Positions 8,886 to 11,324 of a stretch of 11,324 nucleotides of DNA are shown in pieces. The notes beneath the pieces were generated by a model, which did not search any database, was not told where the DNA came from, and saw only the letters and a list, made by a program, of their open reading frames with translations. Within the stretch, counting starts at the first letter, position 1. Every line of letters begins with the position of its first letter. Origin of the DNA: Octopus sinensis (taxonomy: Eukaryota); the NCBI RefSeq assembly GCF_006345805.1, contig NW_021826933.1, positions 1 to 11,324 of the forward strand, read 5' to 3'. The position numbers and the translations under genes are program-made.

Positions 8886-8959
8886 GGTTATATTTAAAAT
8901 GGTGGGGAAAGGTTTGTCGCACCAAAATATAATCTTTAAATTCACGAGCTATCATTCAA

Positions 8960-8999
<40 letters not shown>

Positions 9000-9254
9000 T
9001 AGAAGAGGAACAAATAAAAGCGCGCGCAGAAATGAATAAATAAGCAGTGAACTAACAACAAGGAGATTAATAACAACAACGACAACAACAACAGTAATAA
9101 GAACAATTTCAATAGGAAAAGCAAAAAGTAAAAAAAAAAGACATAGTGTACGCTCAATAACCACAAAACAACAATCGCATAAACAGCGTTTAAAAGAGGT
9201 ATCTTAACTCTTTCTTTCCGTTTCTTTCTCTAACTCTTCCCCCCTTCTGTCTCT

Positions 9255-9292
<38 letters not shown>

Positions 9293-9699
9293 CTCTGTTT
9301 ACATATAAAGTCACCAAGACAGACACAGACGACTTTTATAAGGAACGAGGTGTGTTCGCGCCCCCGCCACCGCCACCTCTTGTATTAAGCAGGGTATCAT
9401 ATTAAAGAGAAAAAACAATGAAAGAAAGGAAATGAAGAAAGAAAACGAGAACTTAAATTTGTTGTTGTTGTTGTTGTGGTGGTGGTGGTGGTGAGATGAG
9501 GAGGAGAAGCAGGAAATCTGCGTAAATTGTTTAATCCAAGATGGTGGAAAAGTGAGCGTTCGTGGGTTTTTCGTATTAAAAAAAAATAGAAGATCGTTAA
9601 AACACGAAACTTCAAATTTCTGTCTGTCATGCCTCCTCTTGTTGTTGTTGTTGATGTTGTTGTTTGCATTTAACTATTTCTGTTTACTGCTTTCCCTTT

Positions 9700-10222
9700 A
9701 CGTTTTAATACGCTTCTTCCTTCTTCTTCTTCTTCTACTAACTGTTTTTCTGTTGTCTTGTTTATCGTCATCTTCTTCTGCATCTTTCTTTTCTTGTTTT
9801 AATTCTTCCACCTCTTCCACTTCTCACTCATCTGTTACTACTTCTTCTTCTTCTTCTTCTTCTTCTCCTCTTCCTAACTTCTCTTTCTTCTTCTTTTCTC
9901 TTCTTTCTTCTTCATTTCTCTTCTTCTTCTTCTTCTTCTTCTTCTTCTCACTCTTTTTCTTCATCTCATTCTTCAACTTCATTTCATTCTTTATCCTCCT
10001 CATCTCCTTCTCCTCGTCTTTCTTGACATTTTCCCATTAAACCTTCAATAAAGCCTTTTTTCTTCTTTCTTTCCTTCTTTCTTTCTTTCTTCCTTCTATC
10101 TTTCTTTTCTATCCTTTTTCTTTCTTTTTCTATCCTTCTTTCTTTTCTTTATATCCTTCTTTCTTTCTTCCTTTCTTTCTTTCTTTCTTTCTTTCTATCC
10201 TTCCTTTTTCTTTCTTTCTCGG
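9700..10222. repeat. Pyrimidine-rich (CTT)n/(CTTT)n region
   Basis: Read directly; about 500 bp dominated by C and T. Confidence 0.92.
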
Positions 10223-10344
10223 CTTATCTCTGACTTCTATTCTTACAACGCAGAGTATTTTTGAATGTTTTCCCCCACCCCTTCCCCGTCCCCTTCTCCC
10301 GTAGGACACTCAAACACTGGCCAAACCAAAATATCGATCTTGCA

Positions 10345-10484
10345 AATAATAACAATAATAATAATAATAATAATAATAATATCATCAACAACAATAATAA
10401 CAGTAATAACGATAATAACAAAAGCAACAACAACATAATAATTATTATTATTTATTATTATTATTCATTATTATGATTATTATG

Positions 10485-10526
<42 letters not shown>
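10345..10526. repeat. (AAT)n followed by (ATT)n
   Basis: Read directly; the polarity flips near 10440. Confidence 0.92.
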
Positions 10527-10729
10527 GTGGTAGAAATACAACCGTTCAACACCGAACCAGCCTCTCGAAGAAAGACAGAAAAACAAAAAACAAAAAATGC
10601 TTAAGAAAACAATAACGAAAACACTCTCTGGAATAAATGTAAAAATAAAATAAAATAAATTTATCAAAAAAAAAATGGCCGCAAAATTTATGGAAATCGC
10701 TAAAAAAAAACTCGGCAAATAATAGAAAT

Positions 10730-10950
10730 TATTATAATAATAATAAAATGATGATAATGATGATGATGACGGCTATAATGATTATGATGATGACGATAAC
10801 GATGATGATGATGATGATGATGGCCAATAATAATATAATAATAATAATAGGATGAAGAAATGCGAGAAAAATAAAAAATGTTGATATGATGATGATAGTG
10901 ATAATGATGATGATGGTGATGGTGATGATGATATCGATGACAATGATTAT
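10730..10950. repeat. Compound (AAT)n/(GAT)n tract
   Basis: Read directly. Confidence 0.88.
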
Positions 10951-11117
10951 TTGCCACAGGATATCAGATGAGGGGGTTGATATTAAGAAGGATGGTTCCA
11001 ATCTGAATGTTTGTGTGTGTATGTGTGCGTGTGTGTGTGTGTGTGTGTGTGGTGTGTGAGTGTGTGTGTGGCGGGTTGGGAGATCGGGTGATGGTTTACA
11101 TGAAATCGAGCGAAAAA

Positions 11118-11324
11118 TGTAATAATAATAATAATAATGATAATAATAATAATAATAATAATGGTTTCAAATTTTTGCCACAAGGGCAGCCATTTTTTGG
11201 GTGGGGAGGGTATTAAGTCGACTACATCGACCCCAGTATTTCAGCTGTTACTTAATTCATCGACCCCGAAGGGTGAAAAGACAAACGTATCTCGGCCGGA
11301 ATTTGACTGAGAACGTAAGCACGG
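11118..11324 (-). mobile_element. tRNA-derived SINE family 2 with (TAT)n tail; 5' end beyond the window
   Basis: The minus strand reads TTACGTTCTCAGTCAAATTCCGG (degenerate B box), CTTTTCACCCTTCGGGGTCGATGAATTAAGTAACAG, CTGGGGTCGATGTAGTCGACTT and a 3' end running into (TAT)n. The central part resembles my recollection of the Meta/MESC-type SINE domain; that assignment is unverified. Confidence 0.88.

Noticed and set aside
9552-10040. 162 aa hydrophobic/Ser-Phe ORF resembling a membrane protein
   Set aside because: It is an artefact of (GTT)n and (CTT)n tracts.

Overview
AT-rich eukaryotic non-coding DNA, most likely from an octopus (inferred from my recollection of abundant octopus SINE sequences, not from a search). 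I can support no protein-coding gene, tRNA, rRNA or CRISPR array. The listed ORFs are translations of microsatellites or SINEs. The window holds five copies or fragments of one tRNA-derived SINE (family 1), three of a second (family 2), many microsatellites, and three arrays of an 82-107 bp CCAAT-containing minisatellite. The most interesting signals are structural. The minisatellite folds back on itself at a perfect hairpin (7322-7347), and its reversed arm is ~97% identical to an array 4 kb away. Several short non-repetitive modules between the microsatellites recur in inverted orientation and colinear order (~1.9-4.6 kb versus ~9.5-10.7 kb). They carry YY1-, E2F- and Sp/KLF-like motifs, splice-donor-like sites and AATAAA. 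This could be a decayed inverted duplication of promoter/first-exon units or an unannotated modular repeat. Alignments were done by eye, so coordinates may be off by a few bases.
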